Source: Alphaproteobacteria bacterium
GTDB lineage: Bacteria > Pseudomonadota > Alphaproteobacteria > Micavibrionales > Micavibrionaceae
Length of the DNA stretch: 64,000 bases
Direction of reading: 5' to 3'
NCBI GenBank assembly: GCA_002401695.1
Contig: NVTV01000001.1
Coordinates: forward strand, 615,604 to 679,603
Each line of letters opens with the position of its first letter. Position 1 is the stretch's first letter. The notes beneath the pieces are model-generated. The model was not told the DNA's origin. It searched no databases and worked only from the letters and a program-made list of their open reading frames with translations. The position numbers and the translations under genes are program-made. This document shows, piece after piece, positions 8,032 through 18,818 of this stretch.

Positions 8032-9357
8032 CTAAGTAATCTTCTTAAGCTCTGTCATAAAGACACCCATTTTACCCAACAAAGCCTCGACTTTCTTTGT
8101 CGCATGCTCTGACAGCTCCCCTGTGACGCTTAAGACCTGTTTTGCGGCTTCATCTACCTGCGCAATACCCTGGTTAATTTCTTTCACATTGCCTGCAACA
8201 TAATCCGTCCCTGCCGCAGCCCTACCCGCACCGGAAGCAATCTCCTGCGATGCGGCGCTCTGTTGCTCAATTGCAGCGGCCACGGCTGTTGCGGCCTCAT
8301 TAATCTCTCCAATCGTTTTTCCAATACCGGAAAAAGACTCAATCGCCTTTTCTGTCGCCGCCTGAATACCAGTAATTTGTTCACTGATTTCCTCTGTCGC
8401 CGCCGCAGTCTGCCCAGCCAAATCTTTCACCTCCGAGGCAACAACGGCAAAACCTTTACCTGCATCCCCTGCGCGCGCCGCTTCGATTGTTGCATTCAAA
8501 GCCAGAAGGTTGGTTTGCTCCGCAATTTTGTCAATAATTTGAACAACATCGCCAATTTTTTCCGCATTTTGGGAAAGTTCTTGTACAGTCCGGCCTGATT
8601 CTTCGGCCTCTTGAACTGCGCTTTGTGCAATATCAGAAGTACGCGTCACCTGTTGAGAAATTTCCGATATACAACTCGACATTTCTTCAGCAGCAGCAGA
8701 AATCGCCTGCACATTCACGGACGTTTCATCAGAACTAGACACAGCCGCATCCGCCCCCTCCCGCGTCAAAGCAACAGTCTCTTCCATAGAGTTCGCTGTC
8801 TTGGAAAGGCTGGAAACCGTTGTATTAATATCCTTGACCACCTCTTTCAACGATCCATCAAAATCATTCGCGATTACGACAAAACCATTCATTTTAGCAC
8901 CCACGCTTTCAGTCGCTCGATTAATGATCCGCGCACCACTGAGAAGATCACCTTGCATGCCATCCTCCAAAATGCGCCGGAAATATTGATTACGGCTGAC
9001 ATATTCCATCGCGGCGGTGGCCTCACGCACGAACGCATCCGTCGTGTCAGTCATTTCATTGAGAGCCCACTGAAATTCACCGAAATCGCCGCCTTCAACA
9101 ATATTCGTCAAACGTGTTTCGAAATTTCCTCTAGCCAAAGATTTGCATACTATTTTTGTGCGCTTAATTTCCTTTTCAAGCTTACGTTGAAAATACAATG
9201 TTGCCGTCAAAGAACCCAACGTACCCAGCAAAAACAACAAACTTATAGCTTGCATCGCGGAACCACCTAAAAACCCGATCAGCGTTGATAGAATGGCTGT
9301 CCCCATAGCGAGAAAAGCAGCGATTTTAACTTTAGAGAGAGAAGATAAATTCATCAT
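8032..9357 (-). CDS. methyl-accepting chemotaxis protein (TM hairpin-HAMP-MCP signalling domain)
   Basis: Highly conserved signalling hairpin [34 protein letters not shown]. The N-terminus is a two-TM hairpin with almost no periplasmic loop, as in Aer. ATG 9357 (or 9354) is preferred over TTG 9363. Confidence 0.85.
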   Translation of the reverse strand: MMNLSSLSKVKIAAFLAMGTAILSTLIGFLGGSAMQAISLLFLLGTLGSLTATLYFQRKLEKEIKRTKIVCKSLARGNFETRLTNIVEGGDFGEFQWALNEMTDTTDAFVREATAAMEYVSRNQYFRRILEDGMQGDLLSGARIINRATESVGAKMNGFVVIANDFDGSLKEVVKDINTTVSSLSKTANSMEETVALTREGADAAVSSSDETSVNVQAISAAAEEMSSCISEISQQVTRTSDIAQSAVQEAEESGRTVQELSQNAEKIGDVVQIIDKIAEQTNLLALNATIEAARAGDAGKGFAVVASEVKDLAGQTAAATEEISEQITGIQAATEKAIESFSGIGKTIGEINEAATAVAAAIEQQSAASQEIASGAGRAAAGTDYVAGNVKEINQGIAQVDEAAKQVLSVTGELSEHATKKVEALLGKMGVFMTELKKIT

Positions 9358-9856
9358 ACCCAATTCCTTTTTCTTCCAATATATCTACGAGCATTTTAAA
9401 ACTACTCTTCATGCCTTCTTTTGTATTTTTGTGTCGCTGCTCTTCCGCAAGCAACCGTTTGTACAAAGGGATAATTGTTCCATCAAGCACTTTGCGATCC
9501 GGCACACGGCGATTGGAATGATAACCATTAATATTACCCTCCCCATCAAGAGAGGGGGTAACATGCGCAAAAACCCAATAATGATCACCATTTCTGCACA
9601 TATTAACAACATAGGCAAAAATCTCTTTTTTAGATTGCAGCGTATCCCAAAGCAATTTAAACACACAACGTGGCATATCAGGGTGACGGATCAAATTGTG
9701 TGGTTGCCCCAACAGCTCTTTCTCGTTATAGCCTGCGAGGCGCATAAAAACCCGATTTGTATAAGTTAGCCGACCTTTCAAGTCAGTCTTACTCACGATA
9801 ATTTCGTCTTTATCAAAAAATTGTTCAACACCAGTAGGCGTTATAGATTGAGGCAT
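9332..9856 (-). CDS. PAS-domain sensor protein (Aer N-terminal type)
   Basis: [24 protein letters not shown]...[15 protein letters not shown]...W..L is the Aer-type FAD-PAS signature. ATG 9856 (MPQSITP) is preferred over the upstream start at 9898. Confidence 0.8.
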   Translation of the reverse strand: MPQSITPTGVEQFFDKDEIIVSKTDLKGRLTYTNRVFMRLAGYNEKELLGQPHNLIRHPDMPRCVFKLLWDTLQSKKEIFAYVVNMCRNGDHYWVFAHVTPSLDGEGNINGYHSNRRVPDRKVLDGTIIPLYKRLLAEEQRHKNTKEGMKSSFKMLVDILEEKGIGYDEFIFSL

Positions 9857-9924
9857 AGGATATCCATTGTTGCAGAAACGCGTAATTCGGACCACCACTC
9901 TACAGCCATAACCACAAAGGATAC

Positions 9925-9938
9925 TTGATTTTAATCAA
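9925..9938. promoter_or_regulatory. FNR/FixK box TTGATTTTAATCAA
   Basis: Perfect match to the TTGAT-N4-ATCAA consensus, centred about 75 nt upstream of the PAS gene ATG (9856). Confidence 0.6.
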
Positions 9939-9959
9939 TTACATACAAAAGTATGCCAA

Positions 9960-10811
9960 TCAAGGCACCATATACTTTGCATGCCACGCCAAATGGTCAT
10001 CCATAAAACTTTGGATAAAGAAATAGCTGTGATCATAACCTTCGTGCAAACGCAGAGTAAGTGTTTGCCCTGCCTTGGCACAAGCATCTTTGAATAATTC
10101 AGGGCGCAATTGCTCCTTCAGAAAATCATCCGCCAAGCCCTGATCGATCAGTATCTCTGCATTTGACGACGCATTTTCTGCACTTTCAACCAACGCGCAC
10201 GCATCGTGATTTTTCCAAGCAGATTGATCATCCCCGATATATGCGGCAAAGGCTTTATGCCCCCACGGCACTTGTGACGGCGCAACAATCGGCGAGAAAG
10301 CCGAACATGAGCAAAACAAATCAGGATATTTAAAATACAAGGTCAACGCACCATGCCCACCCATCGAATGCCCCATAATAGATTTCTTATTTGGGTCTAA
10401 ATCGAACTTTTCTTCACATTGTGGAATAAGCTCTTCAATCAAATAGCTTTCCATTTGGAAATGCTGCGCCCATGGGGCTTGCGTAGCGTTCAGGTAAAAC
10501 CCTGCCCCTTGCCCAAGATCATAGGCATCATCATCAGCGACACCTTCGCCGCGCGGGGATGTATCGGGCGCGAGAATACTTAAGCCAAGCGCAGCAGCTT
10601 GCTGGTATGCCCCTGCCTTTGTCGTGAAATTATCCTCGGTACAGGTTAAGCCTGATAAAAACACAACAAGGCCACCACTTTTTTTACCTTCCGGCGGCGA
10701 GAACAAAGTAAAACGCATTGTCGTCCCTGTCTTCACACTCACATGAGAATAATACCCAAGAGTGCCGCCATGAACCCGCGCCGTTTTGTCACATTTTATT
10801 GCTGTACTCAT
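9960..10811 (-). CDS. frmB: S-formylglutathione hydrolase (esterase D family)
   Basis: GHSMGGHGAL nucleophile elbow and a C-terminal GYDHSYFFI motif. Located immediately downstream of class III ADH. ATG 10811 (MSTAIK...) is preferred over the upstream start at 10853. Confidence 0.88.
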   Translation of the reverse strand: MSTAIKCDKTARVHGGTLGYYSHVSVKTGTTMRFTLFSPPEGKKSGGLVVFLSGLTCTEDNFTTKAGAYQQAAALGLSILAPDTSPRGEGVADDDAYDLGQGAGFYLNATQAPWAQHFQMESYLIEELIPQCEEKFDLDPNKKSIMGHSMGGHGALTLYFKYPDLFCSCSAFSPIVAPSQVPWGHKAFAAYIGDDQSAWKNHDACALVESAENASSNAEILIDQGLADDFLKEQLRPELFKDACAKAGQTLTLRLHEGYDHSYFFIQSFMDDHLAWHAKYMVP

Positions 10812-10815
10812 AGAT

Positions 10816-11925
<1,110 letters not shown>

Positions 11926-12037
11926 TCACCTTATATTTTAATCAGATTATATATAGGGTATGAATACTAAATATAAGCGGTCGTGACCAGATCAAAATAC
12001 AGGTAAAACAAAAGAAACAAACGTAATTGAGATTGTC

Positions 12038-12685
12038 TTAGAACCGATAAGAAACACCGGTTCCGATAATCCAAGGGTTAAGCTCGACATTTCCAGTAAT
12101 AGCGCCGCTATTAATCGAAGCATCAACATCCAACCATATCTTTTTAACGTCAAAGTTAACGCCCCAATGCTCACTAATCCAATAATCAGCCCCTGCTTGC
12201 AAAGCAAGACCAAAGCTATTACCTGCACTTAGGCTTGTCGTATCACGTCCATGGCTATCATTATACGTTATCGTATAGTTAAGGCCTGCGCCGATATACG
12301 GGCTGAATTTATTATCCGGCGTAAAGTGATATTGCAACGTCAATGTAGGAGGCAATAACATCGTATCGCCCAAATCAAGGTCGCCTAAATCACTGTTTTT
12401 TAAACTGAGACTATGTGGCGATGTCGCCAAAATAAGTTCTGCTGCGATATGTTCTGTGAAGAAGTACGTAAAATCTATTTCCGGTACATATGCGTTATCA
12501 GCCTCGGGAGAACCGTTAATGGTTGTATTACCACCACCCTCCGGAAGCACACCAATTCCACGTACGCGAATTTGAAAGCGTTCTTTCGCCCATACACTAT
12601 TACCCAGATCTTTGGCGGTTGCGGGTGCAGCCCATACCAAAGGTAAGACGCTCGTAAGAAGAGCTAACTTAGAAAGTGTTTTCAT
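12038..12685 (-). CDS. ompW: OmpW-family outer-membrane protein
   Basis: Signal peptide MKTLSKLALLTSVLPLVWAAPATA. OmpW-like beta-strand pattern ending in the terminal aromatic GTGVSYRF. ATG 12685 preferred. Confidence 0.8.
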   Translation of the reverse strand: MKTLSKLALLTSVLPLVWAAPATAKDLGNSVWAKERFQIRVRGIGVLPEGGGNTTINGSPEADNAYVPEIDFTYFFTEHIAAELILATSPHSLSLKNSDLGDLDLGDTMLLPPTLTLQYHFTPDNKFSPYIGAGLNYTITYNDSHGRDTTSLSAGNSFGLALQAGADYWISEHWGVNFDVKKIWLDVDASINSGAITGNVELNPWIIGTGVSYRF

Positions 12686-12795
12686 AATATATTTTCTCCT
12701 GTTCAAGATAAGATTCAGAGAAACATTGCATTTCCCGTGAACACAGGAATGACCATAATAAATATTCAATAAGAACTCGTTAACACCCTAGGGTT

Positions 12796-13902
12796 TCATT
12801 CTTCCGTCCAATGAATATCCAAATCATTCAATGCACCAAGATATTCATCCCGCCTAATAAACCCAACGCACGGATGCGCGCCAATGCCATGCTCACTACC
12901 ATTCACAATCTTTTTTGCTATTAAGATAGCCGGCATAACCGGAATGTACGGCCCATCCCCCGAACGCGCCGTGAGTACAAATGTAACCACCTTATCCGCG
13001 CCGTCTTTCCCCTGCCCCGATAGTGCCATATAGAATGCACTACGATCCGTTCCCAACCAATCAAACAGATAAGATACCTTCAACAAGAGTGGCGCGGTTT
13101 TCTGTAAATTCTTGATAAGACCAATCCGCACCAACCATGACAGCATCCAAAGCGTGATATGGATAAAGGGTATTTCCAGCCCCGCATAAAACCTAATCGT
13201 TTTAAGATCAGGATAGCGGCGCGGAAATAAGGATAAATCCGGCACATCACAATTCCCCAATAACCGCCAACCCAGCCCCTGAAACTTACGCACGCGCAAA
13301 TTCTGCCATCCATAGATGTCACTTTGCTGACCATCGACCAGCGTTTTAAACTTCTGTCCCGTATACCCCAAAATCGCCGCCGTCGTCGCCAAACCCCGCG
13401 CAGTTTTCTGCGCCGTGGTAATGCCGTAATCAAGTGTATCCAGCGTCTCAAATTCATCTTTATAATAATCCACCAACGCCGCAGTAAGACACGGAACAGA
13501 GCTCGCCCCGCTGATAACCAAAACGCCGGCCTCCGCCGCTTGCGTATTCAGCGCGGTAATACCGTCAACAAAGTCCCGCCCATCCGCCAAGTCTATATAA
13601 TGCGCCCCTTGCACAATACAAGCCTGCGCCACATCATAGCCCTGCGCCTGAAACGGGCCGGAGGTATGGATAACAATATCAGGCTTAATTTCCGCCAGCG
13701 CACCTGTAATATCGCTCGTAATATCAAGCTGCGCACATTCAACCTTATTAACCGCCGCTATGTCACCCGCAAAGCCCTGCGCTTTCTCAAGCGAACGCCC
13801 CGCGATAATAACCTGAATGTTACTTTCCCGCGCAAGCACCTTCGCAATAAAGCCCCCGAAATTCCCATAGCCGCCGATGATCAGGACACGTTTTATGTTC
13901 AT
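12796..13902 (-). CDS. saccharopine dehydrogenase-like NAD(P)-binding protein
   Basis: Rossmann motif VLIIGGYGNFGG. Sits in the usual pairing with a DUF4166 gene. ATG 13902 avoids overlap with the upstream gene; ATG 13920 is the alternative. Confidence 0.78.
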   Translation of the reverse strand: MNIKRVLIIGGYGNFGGFIAKVLARESNIQVIIAGRSLEKAQGFAGDIAAVNKVECAQLDITSDITGALAEIKPDIVIHTSGPFQAQGYDVAQACIVQGAHYIDLADGRDFVDGITALNTQAAEAGVLVISGASSVPCLTAALVDYYKDEFETLDTLDYGITTAQKTARGLATTAAILGYTGQKFKTLVDGQQSDIYGWQNLRVRKFQGLGWRLLGNCDVPDLSLFPRRYPDLKTIRFYAGLEIPFIHITLWMLSWLVRIGLIKNLQKTAPLLLKVSYLFDWLGTDRSAFYMALSGQGKDGADKVVTFVLTARSGDGPYIPVMPAILIAKKIVNGSEHGIGAHPCVGFIRRDEYLGALNDLDIHWTEE

Positions 13903-13903
13903 A

Positions 13904-14344
13904 TCAACGTTTGAAGACATTTATTTTATCCATGCACGCTTGAAAAAACTTTCTAATATCCAAACCTATCCCAAAAAAATTAGGTTCCAATATAACAGAG
14001 TCTTGCAGTGACGTTTCTGTACTTCTTTGACTTGTGGCGCTGCCATATCCCCTACCACCATCACCAGCAATGTTAATCCCATCATCACTTATCGCGTTTC
14101 CACCTTGTCCTCCAATTACTCCATCACCTCCACGACCACCAATATTAATATCGCCTCCTACGGCTGAGCCGCCTTTTCCACCCGTTCCGGGGGCTTGCGG
14201 AGGTGGCGGCAAAAAGTTTTCTCCATCATAAAGCCAACCTATGTGGACGTATTCTGGCGCATCAACCCATATCAATTCTTTATGAACCTCAAACGAGTTC
14301 TCGCTCATATCAACTACTTCGCCTCTCAATACTAGTGCTTTCAT
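13904..14344 (-). CDS. glycine-rich hypothetical protein
   Basis: The ATG overlaps the DUF4166 stop as ATGA (14341..14344). The N-terminal roughly 50 aa are followed by PPPPQAPG and GG-x-GG repeats (GTGGKGGSAVGGDINIGGRGGDGVIGGQGGN). No family recognised. Confidence 0.5.
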   Translation of the reverse strand: MKALVLRGEVVDMSENSFEVHKELIWVDAPEYVHIGWLYDGENFLPPPPQAPGTGGKGGSAVGGDINIGGRGGDGVIGGQGGNAISDDGINIAGDGGRGYGSATSQRSTETSLQDSVILEPNFFGIGLDIRKFFQACMDKINVFKR

Positions 14345-14934
14345 GATGTTTTAAACCGCCCCTTATACTCGTATACCTTACCCCACCACGGGTGCGTAAT
14401 GTGCGTGATCATATCGAAGGTCTTATCATCAATGGCGGTTTCCTCGGCGTAGCCTTTGCCCATAAACAATGTCAGCGGCACAGGCATAAAATACCCGAAC
14501 AAGTGCAGCGCATAACCTCGATGTTGCAACACGACCTTCTCTCCATCCCACAGATAGAGCATCTTCCACCCCAAGCCAAAGCGCATAACTTCTATCACTT
14601 CGTTATCCTTAATCTGCATCATGCGCGAATGAAACACATAGGGCTTGGCGTCTTTGAAATGAAACGTACGCTTAAAGTGAAAGGCTTTTGTATCGGGATC
14701 ACTCTTAAATTCCACAGTGACGCGCACATCTTTTTCATTATGCGTTGGCACTTGCCCCATCAACCGCATAATTGGTGACAGGAATTTCAGGGGCTGCCTG
14801 CACATAACATCCAGTGTTCCCTCCACCGTTGTGACATCATCACTATAGGGACGGTTCATATAATGCGTCTGCATCACGAGTGGCAAATTATCCCAATCAT
14901 CACCGAATATAGATTTAAAGATAGGATCACTCAT
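14341..14934 (-). CDS. DUF4166 domain protein
   Basis: MSDPIFKSIFGDDWDNLPLVMQTHY is the typical DUF4166 N-terminus. ATG 14934 overlaps the upstream stop as ATGA (14931..14934). Confidence 0.7.
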   Translation of the reverse strand: MSDPIFKSIFGDDWDNLPLVMQTHYMNRPYSDDVTTVEGTLDVMCRQPLKFLSPIMRLMGQVPTHNEKDVRVTVEFKSDPDTKAFHFKRTFHFKDAKPYVFHSRMMQIKDNEVIEVMRFGLGWKMLYLWDGEKVVLQHRGYALHLFGYFMPVPLTLFMGKGYAEETAIDDKTFDMITHITHPWWGKVYEYKGRFKTS

Positions 14935-15398
14935 ACCGGTTTCATCACCATTAAAAAGAAAACAACAACCAAGCCAATAAAAGCCGGCCAGCCCATTAAA
15001 AACCAAATCTTGAACAGCTTGTTATAACGCGGTGGTAATGCCTCGCCGTTTTCCGCGCTATGGATCAGCATTTGTTTCAGCTGTATTTGTATCCACACCA
15101 CAGGCAACCAACACAACCCCGCAATGATATAAATCACATAGGTTATCACCAGCCATAAATCCATCCAGTCATAACCGCCCTGCATCACCAGCCACGCCCC
15201 CGTCACAGGCTGCATAATCACAGCGGGGAATGTAAAGATATAATCAGCCAACACAGTATTACGCGCTGCATACAGCTTTTCATGAACGTCTTGTGTGAAA
15301 TACGAGCGCAGCATAAAAAACGCAATACCAATGCCCGTACCAAACAATATGGTCGAGCTTAAAATATGTAGCGTCTTTACGGTCAGGTAAATGTCCAT
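14931..15398 (-). CDS. DUF2269-like integral membrane protein
   Basis: 155 aa with four predicted TM helices. It is the first gene of the operon. Family assignment is from memory of the pattern and is moderate. Confidence 0.6.
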   Translation of the reverse strand: MDIYLTVKTLHILSSTILFGTGIGIAFFMLRSYFTQDVHEKLYAARNTVLADYIFTFPAVIMQPVTGAWLVMQGGYDWMDLWLVITYVIYIIAGLCWLPVVWIQIQLKQMLIHSAENGEALPPRYNKLFKIWFLMGWPAFIGLVVVFFLMVMKPV

Positions 15399-15445
15399 AA
15401 GAAATACTCTACAATAGATATTGCATATAAACAGATTAAATATAC

Positions 15446-16588
15446 TTACAGCACAACCATCGGATCTTCAAATGCAGAACCAGTCACTTGTGCATGACCG
15501 CCATTTCTTTGTAGATGGATAATCGTATTATCACGAGGCATATTGATGTTACGCCAATGATTGCTCATGTCTTGCATAGCACTCAATATCAACTGCCGCG
15601 CCTCTTTAGATTCTAGAAAAGGATTGTGATACGTATCAAACTCAAAAAATTTAGCAGAAAAATCATCTGCAACGTCTTTGATATAATTTTTACATGACAC
15701 AAAATCCTTTGACCCGCCAATCATAATCATAGGAAATTCTTTCGCAGCATTCGGAACGCCATCATCTATAATGCGTTTCCTCAGGCGTTCACCAAAAATA
15801 TTAGAATATCGAATTTGCCCATGCGTTGTAGATGGCGCATTTTTGTCAAAAATATCAACAGCAACAGCTTTGCTCTTTTCTTCGTATATGATGCTTTTCA
15901 CAAAACTCTTATTGGCCATGTCCTGAAACTTCTGCTTCAAATTTTCAACGGCGGAGAATGTCCAATCTAATGGTGCCTCACCATACGCTTTGTCCGCGAA
16001 CAATTTACAATATGTATTATAAACGGCATTTAAAATTGGTTTTGATCTATAAGGCGATGAAAAATGAGGCGCAATTAGCACAGCGCCCGCATAATTATCC
16101 AGAATATTTTCAGAGAAATTATCATCAAGCATATTTGCCACAAAGGCTCTGCCACCAAGAGAATGCCCAAAAATATAATTTGGAATACCTGCCTTTAACC
16201 CGCCGGGCGGTGGATCATCGTTAAACACGGCTGCGACAATTCTTCTATTATCCTGTAGATAGCCAATTTCTTTCCCCGGATCAGGCAACACAATAATATC
16301 AATTTCTATACCAACGCGCTGTAACGCTCTGAGCTGCGGCGTATTATAATCGATCACATCCGCCTTAAACCCACTCAAAAAAGTAATTTTAGAGCGAACT
16401 TCACCATGTGCATGTGCCCGCACCAACCCTGTATCTATGCCCGCAGGCGAATAATCCATGAATTCCCAGCTCTCGGGCATATGCATCGGCATGGGACAAG
16501 ATGTATGATAGTGCGGCGTCTCAAACGCGGCAAGACGCGCCGCATCTTGCAAAGATGGCATGTTTTCTTGATTTGAATTTCCCGACAT
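15446..16588 (-). CDS. alpha/beta-hydrolase-fold protein (putative lipase/esterase)
   Basis: Nucleophile elbow GHSLGG, with candidate acid and base residues in GGSKDF and TYHNPF. Monocistronic, with AT-rich flanks. Confidence 0.6.
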   Translation of the reverse strand: MSGNSNQENMPSLQDAARLAAFETPHYHTSCPMPMHMPESWEFMDYSPAGIDTGLVRAHAHGEVRSKITFLSGFKADVIDYNTPQLRALQRVGIEIDIIVLPDPGKEIGYLQDNRRIVAAVFNDDPPPGGLKAGIPNYIFGHSLGGRAFVANMLDDNFSENILDNYAGAVLIAPHFSSPYRSKPILNAVYNTYCKLFADKAYGEAPLDWTFSAVENLKQKFQDMANKSFVKSIIYEEKSKAVAVDIFDKNAPSTTHGQIRYSNIFGERLRKRIIDDGVPNAAKEFPMIMIGGSKDFVSCKNYIKDVADDFSAKFFEFDTYHNPFLESKEARQLILSAMQDMSNHWRNINMPRDNTIIHLQRNGGHAQVTGSAFEDPMVVL

Positions 16589-16693
16589 TATCTACCCAAC
16601 TATTTATTTTTTTTATTATAAATAGCATGTTAATTGGTATATTAGCAAAACATAATTTCAAATAATCCCGCTTTTGGGTATTCATATTGGAGC

Positions 16694-17908
16694 CTAAATC
16701 GCACTAGCACCTTGATAGTGAAGCGGAATAAGCTTACCGACCGTGCCCACACCGGCCACGCGCTCTGTATAGGGGTCTATCAGGATAAACAAGCCTGTAT
16801 GCGGGTTTTCATCGAACGGGTCCATCGCAATAGCTTGCGACAAATACACTTTCCCCGATTTCAAAACACCGTTTTCACCTTCAATAGCGACCTGAGCTTG
16901 CACCTCGCTATGATGCATTTTCATCATTCCCTGAAAGGATTCCTTGCCCTCCAATTTCTTATCAATCCATAAGATTTCGGCATGAAACGCCTCTGCCACG
17001 CAACCTGGATTATCAGATTTCGACAAGACCGCGCCACGCGACAAATCTATATCTTCGGCAAGGCTAATCGCGATGGCTTGCCTTTTATCGGCCTGCTCAA
17101 CAGATTTCCCGCTGTGATAAATGCCTGTAACAGTAGCCGTTTGCTCGGTCTCGATAGAGGTCAGGCTATCACCAACGGTCAAAGACTTGCCGTGCAAAGT
17201 ACCGCCATACCAGCGTGTACCCTCCTCATCTTTGATCACATGTTGGATAGGTAATCTGAAGTTATCATTCGTCAATGTGTGCTGATCCGCCTTTTTTAGG
17301 AACTCCATTATGGTTTTCCCTTTGTACCACGGCATCTCATCGCTCTTGGTGACAATATTATCCCCCAGCAAAGCACTGACAGGCACAAATTCAATATCGC
17401 AATCCGTACTGTGCGCACCGAATTCCCTTAAGTAATGCTCTTTGATTTTATTATATTGCGCTTCACTATAATCAACCGCGTCCATCTTATTGATAGCGAC
17501 AAGAAACTGACGCACACCAAAGAACTTCGCAATTTTGCTGTATTCCACAGTTTGCAAGCGCACACCATGGATCGCATCCACCAGAATCACCGCAACATCA
17601 GATGTCACCGCCGCAACGGCCATATTGCGCATATATTCAAGGTGCCCCGGCGTATCGGCAATACGATAACGGCAATCTTCATAGCGAAAATAGCGATGCG
17701 CCACATCAATAGTAATGCCCTGCCTGCGCTCATCTTCCAAGCCATCCGTAAAGAGAGCATAATCAATTTCCCCCTCTTCATTGCGCGCCGCCTCGATATG
17801 ATCGTCAGGCACCACGTCGATATCATAAAGAAGTCGACCTATTAAAGTTGATTTACCATCATCCACATGACCGCACGTCAAAAAGTTTATTGTCTTATAA
17901 TCTTTCAT
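16694..17908 (-). CDS. cysN: sulfate adenylyltransferase subunit 1 (GTPase), no APS-kinase domain
   Basis: G1 motif GHVDDGKSTLIGRLL, then DTPGH and NKMD. ATG 17908 lies 1 nt after the cysD stop. The length fits CysN alone, without a fused CysC domain. Confidence 0.9.
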   Translation of the reverse strand: MKDYKTINFLTCGHVDDGKSTLIGRLLYDIDVVPDDHIEAARNEEGEIDYALFTDGLEDERRQGITIDVAHRYFRYEDCRYRIADTPGHLEYMRNMAVAAVTSDVAVILVDAIHGVRLQTVEYSKIAKFFGVRQFLVAINKMDAVDYSEAQYNKIKEHYLREFGAHSTDCDIEFVPVSALLGDNIVTKSDEMPWYKGKTIMEFLKKADQHTLTNDNFRLPIQHVIKDEEGTRWYGGTLHGKSLTVGDSLTSIETEQTATVTGIYHSGKSVEQADKRQAIAISLAEDIDLSRGAVLSKSDNPGCVAEAFHAEILWIDKKLEGKESFQGMMKMHHSEVQAQVAIEGENGVLKSGKVYLSQAIAMDPFDENPHTGLFILIDPYTERVAGVGTVGKLIPLHYQGASAI

Positions 17909-17909
17909 C

Positions 17910-18818
17910 TTAGAAATATCCCATCTTCTTTTTCTGTTCCATGGCTGAGGCGGAGTCCTTATCAATCAAGCGGCCTTGCCGTTCGGACTCTTTGCTCTCT
18001 AGCAGCTCCGCAACAATTTCTTCCAGCGTTTCTGCCTCCGAAGGCATCGCCGCGGTTAACGGATAACACCCCAGCGTACGGAACCTGACTTTTCTGTTTT
18101 GAATTTCGCTTTTATCTTCAATAGGAAGGCGATCATCATCCACGCGGATCAACATACCGTCACGCTCAACAACGGGTTGTTCTTTGGCGAAATACAAAGA
18201 CACCAGCTCAATTTTCTCATGCAGGATATATTCCCAGATATCTTGTTCCGTCCAATTGGATAGCGGCGATACGCGCGAACTGAAACCCTGCGGCAAACGC
18301 GTGTTAAACAACCAACCAAATTCAGATTGCTGGTTTTTAGGATCCCAAGCATGAAAACGATTACGCGTAGAGAAAATGCGCTCTTTCGCTCTGGATTTTT
18401 CCTCATCGCGACGCGCACCAATAAGGATATAATCAAACTTATGCTTATCCAAAACCTGCTTCAAACCATCGGTTTTCATGACATTGGTATAATGCTTGCT
18501 GCCGTGATCGAACGGGTTGATACCCTCATCCACACCATCTTGATTGGTATGCACGATCAGCTGTAAACCATGCTGTTTCACGACGCGGTCGCGAAACTCA
18601 ATCATTTCCTTGAATTTCCATGTCGTATCAACATGTAACAACGGCACTGGTGGCTTCGCCGGAGCAAACGCCTTCAACAACAAGTGCAACAATACACTGG
18701 AATCCTTACCAATCGAATAGAGTAAAACCGGATTTTCTGCGACAGCAATCGCTTCACGGATGATGAAAATGGCCTCATCTTCCAGCTCTTGCAAATATAA
18801 GGGAAGTGACTTACTCAT
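17910..18818 (-). CDS. cysD: sulfate adenylyltransferase subunit 2
   Basis: PAPS-reductase-fold N-terminus ([15 protein letters not shown]) and the conserved C-terminus ...KKKMGYF. Confidence 0.92.
   Translation of the reverse strand: MSKSLPLYLQELEDEAIFIIREAIAVAENPVLLYSIGKDSSVLLHLLLKAFAPAKPPVPLLHVDTTWKFKEMIEFRDRVVKQHGLQLIVHTNQDGVDEGINPFDHGSKHYTNVMKTDGLKQVLDKHKFDYILIGARRDEEKSRAKERIFSTRNRFHAWDPKNQQSEFGWLFNTRLPQGFSSRVSPLSNWTEQDIWEYILHEKIELVSLYFAKEQPVVERDGMLIRVDDDRLPIEDKSEIQNRKVRFRTLGCYPLTAAMPSEAETLEEIVAELLESKESERQGRLIDKDSASAMEQKKKMGYF

Noticed and set aside
8611-9270. 219-aa plus-strand ORF. The same applies to 13324..13914, 19646..20245, 26642..27055, 29393..29743, 31242..31718, 35575..36192 and many shorter ORFs in the track.
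   Set aside because: These are shadow ORFs antisense to, or out of frame with, genes that carry unmistakable family motifs (MCP, SDH-like, cysI, DUF853, ccoI, ccoG, ccoN). Their sequences are Arg/Ser/Ile-rich and low-complexity.
11992-12228. 78-aa minus-strand ORF overlapping the 3' part of ompW.
   Set aside because: It is out of frame with a well-supported OmpW gene and is hydrophobic low-complexity sequence.
14034-14231. Proline-rich 65-aa plus-strand ORF.
   Set aside because: It is the complement of the Gly (GGN) codons of the glycine-rich gene 13904..14344. That minus-strand gene is coupled into the operon by ATGA overlaps, so it is preferred.
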